Shown here piece by piece: positions 10,579-20,828 of a stretch of DNA of 64,000 nt. The notes beneath the pieces were generated by a model. The model worked only from the letters and a program-made list of their open reading frames with translations, was not told the DNA's origin and ran no database searches. A program made the position numbers and the translations under genes. Location of the stretch: the IMG/VR virus record IMGVR_UViG_3300037455_001519, one strand, 5' to 3'. Within the stretch, counting starts at the first letter, position 1, and every line of letters starts with the position of its first letter. Origin of the DNA: an uncultured virus (IMG/VR IMGVR_UViG_3300037455_001519). Taxonomy: Duplodnaviria; Heunggongvirae; Uroviricota; Caudoviricetes.

Positions 10579-10965
10579 ATGGATTTTACAAAAGAAGAAA
10601 TGAATGAAGTAAATAAATTATTTAGAGAAATAGAAAAATTATTTTTTCAAAAAAGTAACCATAATGTTCCTAATTATATTTGTGTATTTTTTCAAAAAGA
10701 ACAAAATTTTATTTATTTAAAAATAAAATACAGAAACATAGATATGGAAATTTATCGTTTTAATAATGAGTATAAATACACTATTAATAATAGAGGAATT
10801 TTCGATAAAGAAATTTTAAGCTTAATTAATTACATCAAAAATAATTTTGAATTATTTATAAATAAACCAATAGAAGATGGTAAAACATTGAATTTTATTT
10901 TTGAATCGGGGGACGTGGAACAAATATTACTTGAAAGATGTAGAAGAAAATACGATATTATGTAG
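10579..10965 (+). CDS. Hypothetical protein
   Basis: GAGGTG RBS before ATG 10579; terminator follows. Confidence 0.7.
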   Translation: MDFTKEEMNEVNKLFREIEKLFFQKSNHNVPNYICVFFQKEQNFIYLKIKYRNIDMEIYRFNNEYKYTINNRGIFDKEILSLINYIKNNFELFINKPIEDGKTLNFIFESGDVEQILLERCRRKYDIM

Positions 10966-11019
10966 ACTCTTATTTTAAGAGTCTTTTTTGTATTTATCTA
11001 TTTTTTTTAATAAAATATA

Positions 11020-11048
11020 TTGACTTATAGAATCAAAAGTTCTATAAT
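11020..11048 (+). promoter_or_regulatory. sigma-A promoter of primase
   Basis: TTGACT-17bp-TATAAT. Confidence 0.75.
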
Positions 11049-11081
11049 AAAGGAGATTTAATAAGAAAGGAAGTGTCATAG

Positions 11082-12368
11082 ATGGCAAAGTTAAATTTCC
11101 AAGAGTTAATTGAAAAAATTAATGAAGTACCATTAAGTACAATAGTTTCATTAAGAGTCAATTTAACTCAAAAGGGCAGACACTTTGTTGGTCTATGCCC
11201 ATTTCATCAAGACCATACTGAAGGTTCTTTTTCCGTAAATGATGAAAAACACATTGCAAAATGTTTTAGTTGTGATGATGGAGTTAATGACGGTATTAGT
11301 TTTATTGCTAAAGTTGATAAAACTTCACGAAGTAAAGCTATTATCATAATTGCAAAAGAATTAGGATTCATTTCAGAGAAAGATGCACAAAGTGCTGGTA
11401 TTGAAGGTATCAATAATGATGCCGCAAAGCTTATAAACAAAGTATCAATATATAGAGAAGCTAATAAAACAATAGCAGATGCTGATATTATTAATATGGT
11501 TTATAAGCTAATATCTTCAGAAGGAAATAAACTAGATGGAGGCAAAGATGTTTTAACTAAAGAACATCGCGATTATCTTCACAGTAGAAATATTTCTGAT
11601 GAAGATATCAAAAAAAATGGTTATTTTACGATGCCATCAAGACGCGCAGTCGTAAAGATTGTCAAAAAGCTTTCTATATTTGATTTTAAAAATGAGGATT
11701 TAAAATATATTCCCGGTTTTTATTTAGCAAAAGATAGAAATTTTATGACATTAAGACCATATAAAGGAATAGGAATTCCAATTAAAAATATTGATGGAAA
11801 AATCGTGGCTATTCAATGTCGTAGAGACGGAGATATTAAGCCCGGTGAACAACGTTATTTTTGGTGGAGTTCAGCTTCTGAACAATTAGGTGCATCTCCA
11901 GGTTCGCCTATAGATGTAATAAGACCACAAATTGCATTTACTTCAGCCGTATTCGTTACAGAAGGACATTTTAAAGCTGATATACTTGTAAAAAAATACA
12001 AGTGTCCTGCTATTAGTGTTCAAGGTGTTGGTAATTGGAAGCAAATTCCTAAAGAATTAAAAAAATTCAATGTAGAATCCGTATATATAGCATATGATGC
12101 TGATATGGCATATAATATGGCCGTAATGGACCAAGCAATTAAACTTGGTGATGCCATTAAGGAAAAATATTCGGATATGAAAATATTTTATATCGTTTGG
12201 GATTTTAATATTGGTAAAGGAATCGATGATTTCTTATTAACCGGTAATAAACCAAAAAGACTTTCGTTTGATGCATTTAAAAATAAATGTGACCAAATGA
12301 AAGAGATAAATAGTACTGATAAAGATACTATTTATAAAGAATATAAAAGAATTTTCTTAGAAAAGTAG
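11082..12368 (+). CDS. DNA primase (CHC2 zinc finger + DUF3854-like TOPRIM), mobile-element type
   Basis: GLCPFHQDH...CFSC zinc finger; VTEGHFKAD, AYDAD, KGIDD TOPRIM motifs; lacks chromosomal DnaG architecture. Confidence 0.88.
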   Translation: MAKLNFQELIEKINEVPLSTIVSLRVNLTQKGRHFVGLCPFHQDHTEGSFSVNDEKHIAKCFSCDDGVNDGISFIAKVDKTSRSKAIIIIAKELGFISEKDAQSAGIEGINNDAAKLINKVSIYREANKTIADADIINMVYKLISSEGNKLDGGKDVLTKEHRDYLHSRNISDEDIKKNGYFTMPSRRAVVKIVKKLSIFDFKNEDLKYIPGFYLAKDRNFMTLRPYKGIGIPIKNIDGKIVAIQCRRDGDIKPGEQRYFWWSSASEQLGASPGSPIDVIRPQIAFTSAVFVTEGHFKADILVKKYKCPAISVQGVGNWKQIPKELKKFNVESVYIAYDADMAYNMAVMDQAIKLGDAIKEKYSDMKIFYIVWDFNIGKGIDDFLLTGNKPKRLSFDAFKNKCDQMKEINSTDKDTIYKEYKRIFLEK

Positions 12369-12528
12369 AAGATATTAATAGTCTTCTATTTTTTTATGAT
12401 TATGTGTCTAAAAAGATAAAATATATTGTATATAATATACTCATTAGTATATTAGATATAGGAGAAAGTTTAAAATATTTTCCAAAAAAGAAAATCAAAA
12501 AAATTTAAATGAAAGGAAGGGATTTTTA

Positions 12529-14187
12529 ATGGAAAATCAAAATGAAAAACTTTATGGAGGTTTAGTAATCTTTGCAATAAAAGACGAAGATAAACCTCAA
12601 GTAGGAGATACTGTTCAAATAGAACATTTAAATACTCCTGCGGATGCCGAAGCTTTCGGTATTAATAAAGGTAAAGGAATTTACCTTGTTCAAAAGGATG
12701 AATTAATTTCTCAAGTTAACGGATATACATTATCTAAAGCTAAAGAATTTAATAGTCTTTTTGGCAAAAGAAAAGCTAATGCCACAGTTGTTTCAGAACA
12801 ATCAATTACATTAGCAAATGGTAAGGATGCAACAATGTTAATCATTGAAGCAGACAAGCCTGTAGTAACAGTAAAACAAGAAGATGGTTCAGAAGGCGTT
12901 ATAATGGAATTTAGTGGACAAAGTGTCGAATTCCCAGATAAAGCTGACTTCTATAATGTTTTAACTACTAATCCAGATGCTGTAGAAAACAATTTAACAG
13001 TTGTAAAAAACGGTACAGAGTTAATTTTAATGTTTGGTGATAAAAAAATTGGTAAAAGCTCTAACGAGAAATATCTTAGAATGTTTAAAATGTTCGAAGG
13101 CCAAAATATCCCTGTTACATATAAAGAAACTAGTAGAGGTTTAGTAAAAGTTAGCATAAATGAAGCAGATTTAACTATTGATACAAGTGATATGTTTAAT
13201 GATGAATTAAATCGTATTGAATCAATTGGTTTAAGTAGAGAAGACGCACAAAAAGCAGTTCAACTAATGTTATATTACCAAATTGAACCTAACACAATTA
13301 AAGAAGTTTTAGCTGGATGGAAAAAATTTGATGAATTAGGAGAATCTTTAATTCCTTCTATTTCTGATGCAATTAAAGAAAATAAAGGAAAAACTTACTA
13401 TTCTTATATTGACACAAAAGAAATTATTCACGATTTAACTGGTTGGACATTATTTAATACACCAGTTAGATTAGTCGGAGAAATGTCAGTAGGTAAGAAC
13501 TTAGCTTTAAAAACTTTAGCAGCAATTTTCCGTCGTCCAATGTTAAGATTATCTTGTAATGGTTTTACAGATGATACTGTTTTACTAGGTAATACTACAT
13601 TAAAAGAAGGTGTTGTAGAATTTGAACCTGGTCTACCAATCTTAGCTGCTCAAAAAGGGTACTGGATTGTATTAGACGAAATCAATGCTACTCCAGCCGA
13701 CGCATTAATTGCATTACATTCTTTATTAGAAAATGAAGATGGTACAATTAATATCAAAGAAATCGGTAAAGTTGTTCCAGCTGAAGATTTTAGAATCTTT
13801 GCAACAATGAATGCAAATGACGATAATAATTTATATGCTGGCACTAAGGATATGAATGCTGCATTAGAAAGTAGATTTACAACAATCTATATGGATAATG
13901 AATTAAGCATTAAAGAAATCCTTAAAAATAAATGCGTTTCTGCAAGCGACGCTGATATCAATAAAGTTGTATCTATTTATAACAGCTTAGCTGTTTTAAC
14001 TAAAGACCCAACAAAAGATTTTCCAACATCTTTTATTGCGGTAAGAGCTTATGTTGATATTCTAAATGGACCTGCAATGATTTCTTTAAAAAAGAGATGT
14101 ATCCAAAAATTAGCAAACTTAAATACAGCAGACCCTGTTTACAGAGAATATGTTGAACAAACAGTTGAAGATATTTTTGGTAAATAA
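12529..14187 (+). CDS. MoxR-family (CbbQ/NorQ/CobS-like) AAA+ ATPase with long N-terminal extension
   Basis: Walker A GEMSVGKN, Walker B IVLDEIN, FRIFATMN sensor, ALESRF arginine finger. Confidence 0.88.
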   Translation: MENQNEKLYGGLVIFAIKDEDKPQVGDTVQIEHLNTPADAEAFGINKGKGIYLVQKDELISQVNGYTLSKAKEFNSLFGKRKANATVVSEQSITLANGKDATMLIIEADKPVVTVKQEDGSEGVIMEFSGQSVEFPDKADFYNVLTTNPDAVENNLTVVKNGTELILMFGDKKIGKSSNEKYLRMFKMFEGQNIPVTYKETSRGLVKVSINEADLTIDTSDMFNDELNRIESIGLSREDAQKAVQLMLYYQIEPNTIKEVLAGWKKFDELGESLIPSISDAIKENKGKTYYSYIDTKEIIHDLTGWTLFNTPVRLVGEMSVGKNLALKTLAAIFRRPMLRLSCNGFTDDTVLLGNTTLKEGVVEFEPGLPILAAQKGYWIVLDEINATPADALIALHSLLENEDGTINIKEIGKVVPAEDFRIFATMNANDDNNLYAGTKDMNAALESRFTTIYMDNELSIKEILKNKCVSASDADINKVVSIYNSLAVLTKDPTKDFPTSFIAVRAYVDILNGPAMISLKKRCIQKLANLNTADPVYREYVEQTVEDIFGK

Positions 14188-14279
14188 TATATAGGAAACG
14201 GATATTTCTCCGTCTCCTATATCTAATCTTTTTTGGGGGAAATATCCATTGATTATTAGTATGAAAGGAGCAATATTAT

Positions 14280-16202
14280 ATGGATAATTTAAAGCGTGTT
14301 CGCGATTTTTTAATAAACCGTCGAATGAAAAAATATTTGTCATTCCTAGGAGTTAGGGGTTCAGAAGTGCCAACAACAAAAACTACAATTTTTGACCCAG
14401 GTACAGAAGGAACATCTTATACTGACGGAACAAATATTTATATTACCATTTGGGAAAGTTTCTTAACAGTAACTAACCCAGTATTAAAAGCTTTTTTAGA
14501 AGCTTCTGTAGGTCACGAAAGTGAACATATAAGAAGTTCTTGTTTCAAGCATTTAAAACAATTTACTGAGTTAATCGGTAATTATTATTATAATAAATAT
14601 GGCATTGATAAAAGAGTCGGAGAAAAATTTGGAGCATCTTTGTATAATATATGCGAAGATGGACGAATTGAAAGAATCTATACTTATAGATTCCCTGGTT
14701 CAATTCCTTCATTTCAACTATTAAACGGTGAAATTTGGAGAACAAATGCTATAGATATAAACGAGCAAGAAAGAAGCGTTTATGCAGACTTAATGTCAGC
14801 AATATTATGTCTTTCAAAAACTGGTGTAAAACCAAAAAATTGGGATACAATTTATGCTGGCACAGAAGCAGATAGAAGATTAATGGATATTTCTAACGAC
14901 ATTTCTGAAATAGTTGATTCTAACTTAACAGAAGATGTAATTAGAATATTGTTGATTATTAATGATAAATTATCTGATTTTGTAAAAGAAGGTCTTGAAA
15001 AAGATGCTGAATTCTTAAAACAATTAGATGCTTTAAAAGAAGCTGGATATAACATTTCTAACAGTGATGAAAAACAACAATCTCAAGCAGGAGCAAATGG
15101 TTCTGGTGGAGGTTCTGCTGCACATATTGGTGGAAATTCTGCTGGTAACGGCTCTGGACAATCTCAAGATATGGATTCTGTAATGAGTAAAGCAAATGCT
15201 AACGCTAAAGATAAAACAGAAGAAGATATTGAAAAAGAGATTGAAGAAAATCGTCAACAAGTTGAAAATGATACAACAGCCGATGATATGTTACAAGAAG
15301 GCGAAAAAGAAGCAGCTGAAGAAGCAAAAAATAATAGTGACGATGATATATCTCAAGATGATTTAAATAAAATTTCTAAAGATTCTGATATTGATATTAA
15401 AAATGCTGATATTACAAATTACTCTTCAGGGATAACAGATGCAAATGCTGTAGAACCTGAAGAATCTGTAAAAGAAAAAGCAAATTATATTTATAATCAA
15501 TTAAAAAAATTGTTTATAAAAAGAGATAATAGAGATATTAGAAATTTAAAAAAAGGTAGATTAGATAATAGAAAGCTAGCCAGATATAAAATGATGGAAA
15601 ATACATCAACTCCAGAAGTAAATATTTTTAAAAGAAATTCTAAAGATATTATTCCTGAAGTTTCAGTATTAGGATTGGCAGATATTTCTGGTTCTACTGG
15701 TGGAATATTATTTGATAAAATCTTAGATTGTCTTGCTATTATTGAAGGCGGCTTTGCACCATTACTTCCAATAAAGTTAATGACTTACGAAGGTGGTTAT
15801 GGGTCACCAAATATAAATGTTCTTAAAGATTTTAAAAATAAAATTAAAAGAATAAATTATAGCGCTACATTCAAAAAAATAGGTCGTGCAGGCGGAGGTA
15901 CTCCTACTGCAGAGGCTATGGCTATTGGTGGATATGAATTAGATAAAAGAAAAGAAAAGAAAAAACTTTTATTTATCATAACTGATGGAGAACCTAATGA
16001 CCAAGAAGCAGTATTAAAAATTACTAAACAACTTAGACGAAAGGGAATTAAGGTTGTAGCGATTTTAGTTCAAGATAGAGTTGATAAAAGAACAGAAGAA
16101 AATTTCAAAAAGATGTATGATGACAAAGATTTTATTACAGCATCTGAAGATGAATTCGCTTCAATTCTTATTAAATTATTAACATCTTGGATTAAAAATT
16201 AA
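14280..16202 (+). CDS. vWA-domain partner (CobT/NorD-like) with N-terminal HExxH metallopeptidase-like domain
   Basis: GHESEH + NICEDGRIE; acidic/Gly linker; GRLD; MIDAS DISGS, GGTPT, ITDGEP. Confidence 0.88.
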   Translation: MDNLKRVRDFLINRRMKKYLSFLGVRGSEVPTTKTTIFDPGTEGTSYTDGTNIYITIWESFLTVTNPVLKAFLEASVGHESEHIRSSCFKHLKQFTELIGNYYYNKYGIDKRVGEKFGASLYNICEDGRIERIYTYRFPGSIPSFQLLNGEIWRTNAIDINEQERSVYADLMSAILCLSKTGVKPKNWDTIYAGTEADRRLMDISNDISEIVDSNLTEDVIRILLIINDKLSDFVKEGLEKDAEFLKQLDALKEAGYNISNSDEKQQSQAGANGSGGGSAAHIGGNSAGNGSGQSQDMDSVMSKANANAKDKTEEDIEKEIEENRQQVENDTTADDMLQEGEKEAAEEAKNNSDDDISQDDLNKISKDSDIDIKNADITNYSSGITDANAVEPEESVKEKANYIYNQLKKLFIKRDNRDIRNLKKGRLDNRKLARYKMMENTSTPEVNIFKRNSKDIIPEVSVLGLADISGSTGGILFDKILDCLAIIEGGFAPLLPIKLMTYEGGYGSPNINVLKDFKNKIKRINYSATFKKIGRAGGGTPTAEAMAIGGYELDKRKEKKKLLFIITDGEPNDQEAVLKITKQLRRKGIKVVAILVQDRVDKRTEENFKKMYDDKDFITASEDEFASILIKLLTSWIKN

Positions 16203-16295
16203 AAGAGAAGGCAAAAACGTCTTTTCTTTTTTATTTTGATTACATTTTTTAATTTATTTTTAACGTTATTTAAGAGTAAAATATAGTGTATAATC

Positions 16296-16324
16296 TTGAT
16301 TTATATTTAGTTCTGTGGTATAAT
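16296..16324 (+). promoter_or_regulatory. sigma-A promoter of dnaE
   Basis: TTGATT-17bp-TATAAT with extended TG. Confidence 0.75.
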
Positions 16325-16357
16325 ACAAGATATATATAAAGGAAGGAGAATAAGATT

Positions 16358-19300
16358 ATGTCAGAAAAAATTAAAAACATTTTTGATGTAAAATTAGATT
16401 TTCCAGAAGGTTTAGAAATGACCTTAAAAATAGGAAAATCTAAAAAGAACAAATTTTCTTCTTTAGAATACAAAAATAGAAGACTAAAATCTATTGAATC
16501 TAATCTATTACCTGAAGAATATAACGATGGAGATAAAATTACTGTTTATTTAAAAAACGGATTTATCACTAATGAAAACGATGAAGAAATTATTGCTGTA
16601 GGAGATTCTCTTATAGAAATAAATACTGTAACTGTTGACGTTATAAGAGATGGTAATAAAGTTAATATTGCATTTGGAGATATTGTTTTAGATACAAAGG
16701 ATGTTGATTATTTTGAAGAACTTTTTATAAGAAGTTCTAATTATAATTGTCCTGTTATCAATCAATATCAAGCAAGATTAATTTCTCCTACTGAAATATC
16801 AATTGAAAGATATTCTAATAATCACCAACATAGTGAATATTCTGCGTTGGATGGTATGTCAAAATTAAAACAAATAGCAAATAAGGTTCCTGATGGTAGT
16901 GGATGCGGTTTAACTGACCATTATCGTATGACCGGAGACCGTAAGTTCTGGACAGAAATGAAAGAACATAATAAAATACCTGTTTTAGGTATGGAAGGTG
17001 CTATTGAAAGAATTGACGAGAATATTTTAAATGATATTTACGTAGACACAACTACTGATGAATATAAAAAATCTCATTTTTTAAGAGACCATATTATTCT
17101 TTTAGCAAAAGATAACACTGGTTATCATAACTTAGTTAAATTAGCTAGTTTAAGCTGGAATAATTTTTATGGTAAAAACCATATTACATTTAAAGATTTA
17201 AAACAATATTCTGAAGGAATAATCGTTACTAGCGCTTGTATTGGTGCAACTGTTAGTAAAAGTATTCTTGAAGATGAGCGTAGAATCAGAAAAATCTTCT
17301 TTGAAGAATTAGGTATTGAAGATTTTCAATATATTCCTAAAAGAGAAAATGAATGTGATATTATAGAAGATGATGATTTAAATATTAATGCAGAAGAAAA
17401 ACAATTGTTAAAAAATAAGTTCAATATTGAAACTGATATTTTAACAGTTGATATTATTAAAGATTTAATAGAAAAAGATAGTTTTTTATTTAGTAAAACA
17501 AAAGAAGAATTAAAGAGTTACAAAAGCGTCGCAAAAATGTATATCAATAAAATGATTGAAATTTTTGGTCGCGAAGATTTCTACATCGAAATTCAAAGAC
17601 ATAATTTTGTCTCTGAACAATATGTAGAAAAAAGATTATTAGAGTTAGCTAAAGAATTTAATCTTAAGTTAACTATAGGTATTGATAATCATTTTGTTAA
17701 CAAAGAAGATGCTCCTGTACACGAAATGTGGTTATGTGAAGCTACTAAAAAAACTCTAACAGATACAGATAGATTAAAATTTCCTGGTGATGGATATTGG
17801 TTTATGTCTTCAGAAGAAGTTCTTGAACGTTTTGGAGATTTACCAGAAGCATTAGATGGAAGTTTAGAAATTCTAAATAAGTGTAGAGATGTTGATTTAA
17901 CACCAAATGGTTATAAATTACCTAAGTATCCTTTACCTGAAGGTTATGAAGATACTAAAGAAGGACAAGTAGCATATTTTAAAAAGATGGTATTAGACGG
18001 TTATAAAAACAGATTCTTAGGAACTGATAAATATAATGACCCAGTCTATACTAACAGAATGTCTTTTGAAATAAAAACAATCCTTAATATGGGATTTGAG
18101 AGTTACTTCCTTATTGTTCAAGATTATATTTCTTGGGCTAAAGATAATAATGTAGCAGAAAATATTGAAAAATATTTCCCAAAAGCACATTATAATTGGG
18201 ATGAAATACCAGAAGCAATAAAAAATAAAACAGATGAAATCTTTGTAGGTCCTGGACGTGGTTCAGCCGCAGGTTCATTAGTTGCTTATTGTTTAGGTAT
18301 CACAAATATAAACCCAATTGAATACGATTTACTTTTTGAACGTTTCTTAAATCCAGATAGAATTAGTATGCCAGATATCGATACTGATTTTGAGGACTCA
18401 GAACGTGAAAGAGTAATAGACTATTGTAAAGCCAAGTATGGAGCTGAAAATGTATCAAGAATTGGTACTATTGGAGTTTTAGCTGCAAAAGGTATTATTA
18501 GAAGTATCCAAAGAATTGAAGGCAAAGAAGTAGCATTAGCTAATAAGATTTGTAAGACAATTCCAAATACTCCTGGTATTACTTTAGCAGGTGCTTTAGA
18601 ATCTTCACCAGAATTTAAAAAAATGTATGATGAAGAAGATGAAGTAAAAGAAATGGTTGATACAGCTATGAAACTTGAAGGATTAGCTAAAACAACTGGA
18701 ATACACGCTTGTGGTATATTAATAGCACCAGATGCTGTTAATAATTTTATACCACAACAAATTCTTAAAAATCCAAAAAACGGCGAAAAAGAGTTAACAA
18801 CTCAATATACTGGCCCTGAATGTGAAGATTCTGGATTATTAAAGATGGATTTCCTAGGTCTTAGAACATTAGGAGTTTTACACGAAGGTATTAATGATAT
18901 TAATAAAGTTTCTGAAAATAAAATTAATTTAACTTCTATACCTATTAATGATATGGAAACAATGAAATTTTTATCTACAGGAATGACTGATGGTGTATTC
19001 CAATTTGAATCATCATTTATGAAAGATATCGTTAAAAAGATGTTACAAGATATTAATAGTAATAAAACATTGACTGGAGATATTTGTTTTAACCGTCTTA
19101 CAGACGCCACAGCGCTTGGAAGACCTGGACCTATGGCAACTATACCAGACTATGTTAAAAACCTATTAAATCCTGCTCAAATCAAGCCTACAAACACTCC
19201 ATTAGACGAAATATTAAAACCAACATACGGAATAATAGTTTACCAAGAGCAAGTTATGAATGCTGTTAAAGCTTTAGCTGGTTTCTCAGCTGGAGACGCT

Positions 19301-20800
19301 GATGCTGTTCGTAAAGCAATGGGTAAAAAATTAATGGATAAAATGGCAATTCTTCGTGAAATGTTTATTTATGGTAACAAAGAAAAAGGTATCCCTGGAT
19401 GCATTAAAAATGGTTACGATGAAAAATGGGCTATTGAATTATGGGATAGAATGGCAGAATTCGCTAAATATGCCTTCAATAAATCTCACGCAGTAGCTTA
19501 TACATATTTATCTTTAAAAACAGCTTGGATAAGCAAATATTATCCAAATATCTTCTATAAATCAAATCTTAATAGTTTTATTGATAATAATGACAAAATT
19601 AAACAATATATTAACGTTGCGAAAAAACGTGGTGTTAATGTATTAGGTCCAGATATTAATTTATCAGGTCAAGCTTTTTCTATTGATTATGAAAACTATA
19701 ATAATATGAGTCCTATTAGATTTGGATTAAAAGGTATTAAAACTTTAGGTGATAGTTCTAAGTATATAATACAAGAAAGAGAATTAAATGGTCCATTTAT
19801 TAATCTTCAAGATTTCGTTACTAGAATGATAAGCAATTATTCAATCGGTAAGAAATCAATCGAAGCATTAATTAGAGCTGGTGCATTAGATTCTTTTGAA
19901 GGAACTAGAAAAAATAAAATTGATGCTTTAGATAAATTAGTAAACAGTTGTAAAGCTGAAGCTAATGAATTAAAAAGAGGTCAATTAACTATTTTCCAAT
20001 TAGCTAAAGAAATGAATGATACTGGTATTCTAAATCAAATAGAAGAATTAAATCATATTGATTATGATTTAAATGACAAATATTCTTTAGAAGAAGAACT
20101 TAAAGCTGAGAAAGAATATACTGGTTTCTATATTTCTAGACATCCTATTGATGAATATAAAACATATTTAGCAAGTAAAGATGCTGTTAATATAGAAAAC
20201 ATTATTAAAGATAAAGAAGAAGAGGAAATTGTAGAATTAGTTGAAGAAAACGAATCTTCTGATGAACAATTAGACCAAACAACTCTTGACGATATTTTAG
20301 ATTTAGATTCAGAAGTTACTATAGGTGGAATTATTAAAGACTTAGAAGTACATTATTCTAAGAAAAATAATTCTAAATTAAAAACTTTTGTTATCGAAGA
20401 TGATACCGCAGAAATTAAAGCTGTAGCATTTACTAAAACATTAGAAAGAAATAATATAGATAATATTATTAGCGATGATAATGTTGTTATATGTACTGGT
20501 AAAGTTGTTAAAGATGATTTTGGAACACAACTTATCGTTTCAAATATTTCTAAAATAGATGACGATAAATTAAGTATTCCTTCTACAATTAATGTCAAAA
20601 TTCCTTCAAAAATTATTGGAGCAAAAGTAAGAGAATTAATTAGCAAACATTTAGATACTAAAAAAAGTACTAGATTAGTAATGTGGTATAGTGAAGATGG
20701 TAAAACATTTAAATCTTATACTCGTTATGTTAAATATTCTTGTAGCTTAATTGAAGGTTTAACTTCAATAGTTGGTCCAAAAAATATTAAGACAAGATAA
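16358..20800 (+). CDS. dnaE: DNA polymerase III alpha subunit (DnaE), divergent, with ~150-aa N-terminal extension and insertions
   Basis: PHP HQHSEYSALDG/TDH; GPGRGSAAGSLV; FERFLNPDRISMPDIDTDF; KMDFLGL; YAFNKSHA; clamp motif QLTIF; C-terminal OB fold. Confidence 0.97.
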   Translation: MSEKIKNIFDVKLDFPEGLEMTLKIGKSKKNKFSSLEYKNRRLKSIESNLLPEEYNDGDKITVYLKNGFITNENDEEIIAVGDSLIEINTVTVDVIRDGNKVNIAFGDIVLDTKDVDYFEELFIRSSNYNCPVINQYQARLISPTEISIERYSNNHQHSEYSALDGMSKLKQIANKVPDGSGCGLTDHYRMTGDRKFWTEMKEHNKIPVLGMEGAIERIDENILNDIYVDTTTDEYKKSHFLRDHIILLAKDNTGYHNLVKLASLSWNNFYGKNHITFKDLKQYSEGIIVTSACIGATVSKSILEDERRIRKIFFEELGIEDFQYIPKRENECDIIEDDDLNINAEEKQLLKNKFNIETDILTVDIIKDLIEKDSFLFSKTKEELKSYKSVAKMYINKMIEIFGREDFYIEIQRHNFVSEQYVEKRLLELAKEFNLKLTIGIDNHFVNKEDAPVHEMWLCEATKKTLTDTDRLKFPGDGYWFMSSEEVLERFGDLPEALDGSLEILNKCRDVDLTPNGYKLPKYPLPEGYEDTKEGQVAYFKKMVLDGYKNRFLGTDKYNDPVYTNRMSFEIKTILNMGFESYFLIVQDYISWAKDNNVAENIEKYFPKAHYNWDEIPEAIKNKTDEIFVGPGRGSAAGSLVAYCLGITNINPIEYDLLFERFLNPDRISMPDIDTDFEDSERERVIDYCKAKYGAENVSRIGTIGVLAAKGIIRSIQRIEGKEVALANKICKTIPNTPGITLAGALESSPEFKKMYDEEDEVKEMVDTAMKLEGLAKTTGIHACGILIAPDAVNNFIPQQILKNPKNGEKELTTQYTGPECEDSGLLKMDFLGLRTLGVLHEGINDINKVSENKINLTSIPINDMETMKFLSTGMTDGVFQFESSFMKDIVKKMLQDINSNKTLTGDICFNRLTDATALGRPGPMATIPDYVKNLLNPAQIKPTNTPLDEILKPTYGIIVYQEQVMNAVKALAGFSAGDADAVRKAMGKKLMDKMAILREMFIYGNKEKGIPGCIKNGYDEKWAIELWDRMAEFAKYAFNKSHAVAYTYLSLKTAWISKYYPNIFYKSNLNSFIDNNDKIKQYINVAKKRGVNVLGPDINLSGQAFSIDYENYNNMSPIRFGLKGIKTLGDSSKYIIQERELNGPFINLQDFVTRMISNYSIGKKSIEALIRAGALDSFEGTRKNKIDALDKLVNSCKAEANELKRGQLTIFQLAKEMNDTGILNQIEELNHIDYDLNDKYSLEEELKAEKEYTGFYISRHPIDEYKTYLASKDAVNIENIIKDKEEEEIVELVEENESSDEQLDQTTLDDILDLDSEVTIGGIIKDLEVHYSKKNNSKLKTFVIEDDTAEIKAVAFTKTLERNNIDNIISDDNVVICTGKVVKDDFGTQLIVSNISKIDDDKLSIPSTINVKIPSKIIGAKVRELISKHLDTKKSTRLVMWYSEDGKTFKSYTRYVKYSCSLIEGLTSIVGPKNIKTR

Positions 20801-20828
20801 AAGAGAGTTTAATTACTCTCTTTTTTTA

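Noticed and set aside
16358..20800. Possible intein in the oversized DnaE
   Set aside because: No C/S...HN-C/S/T splice motifs or LAGLIDADG blocks seen; the extra length comes from an N-terminal extension and short insertions
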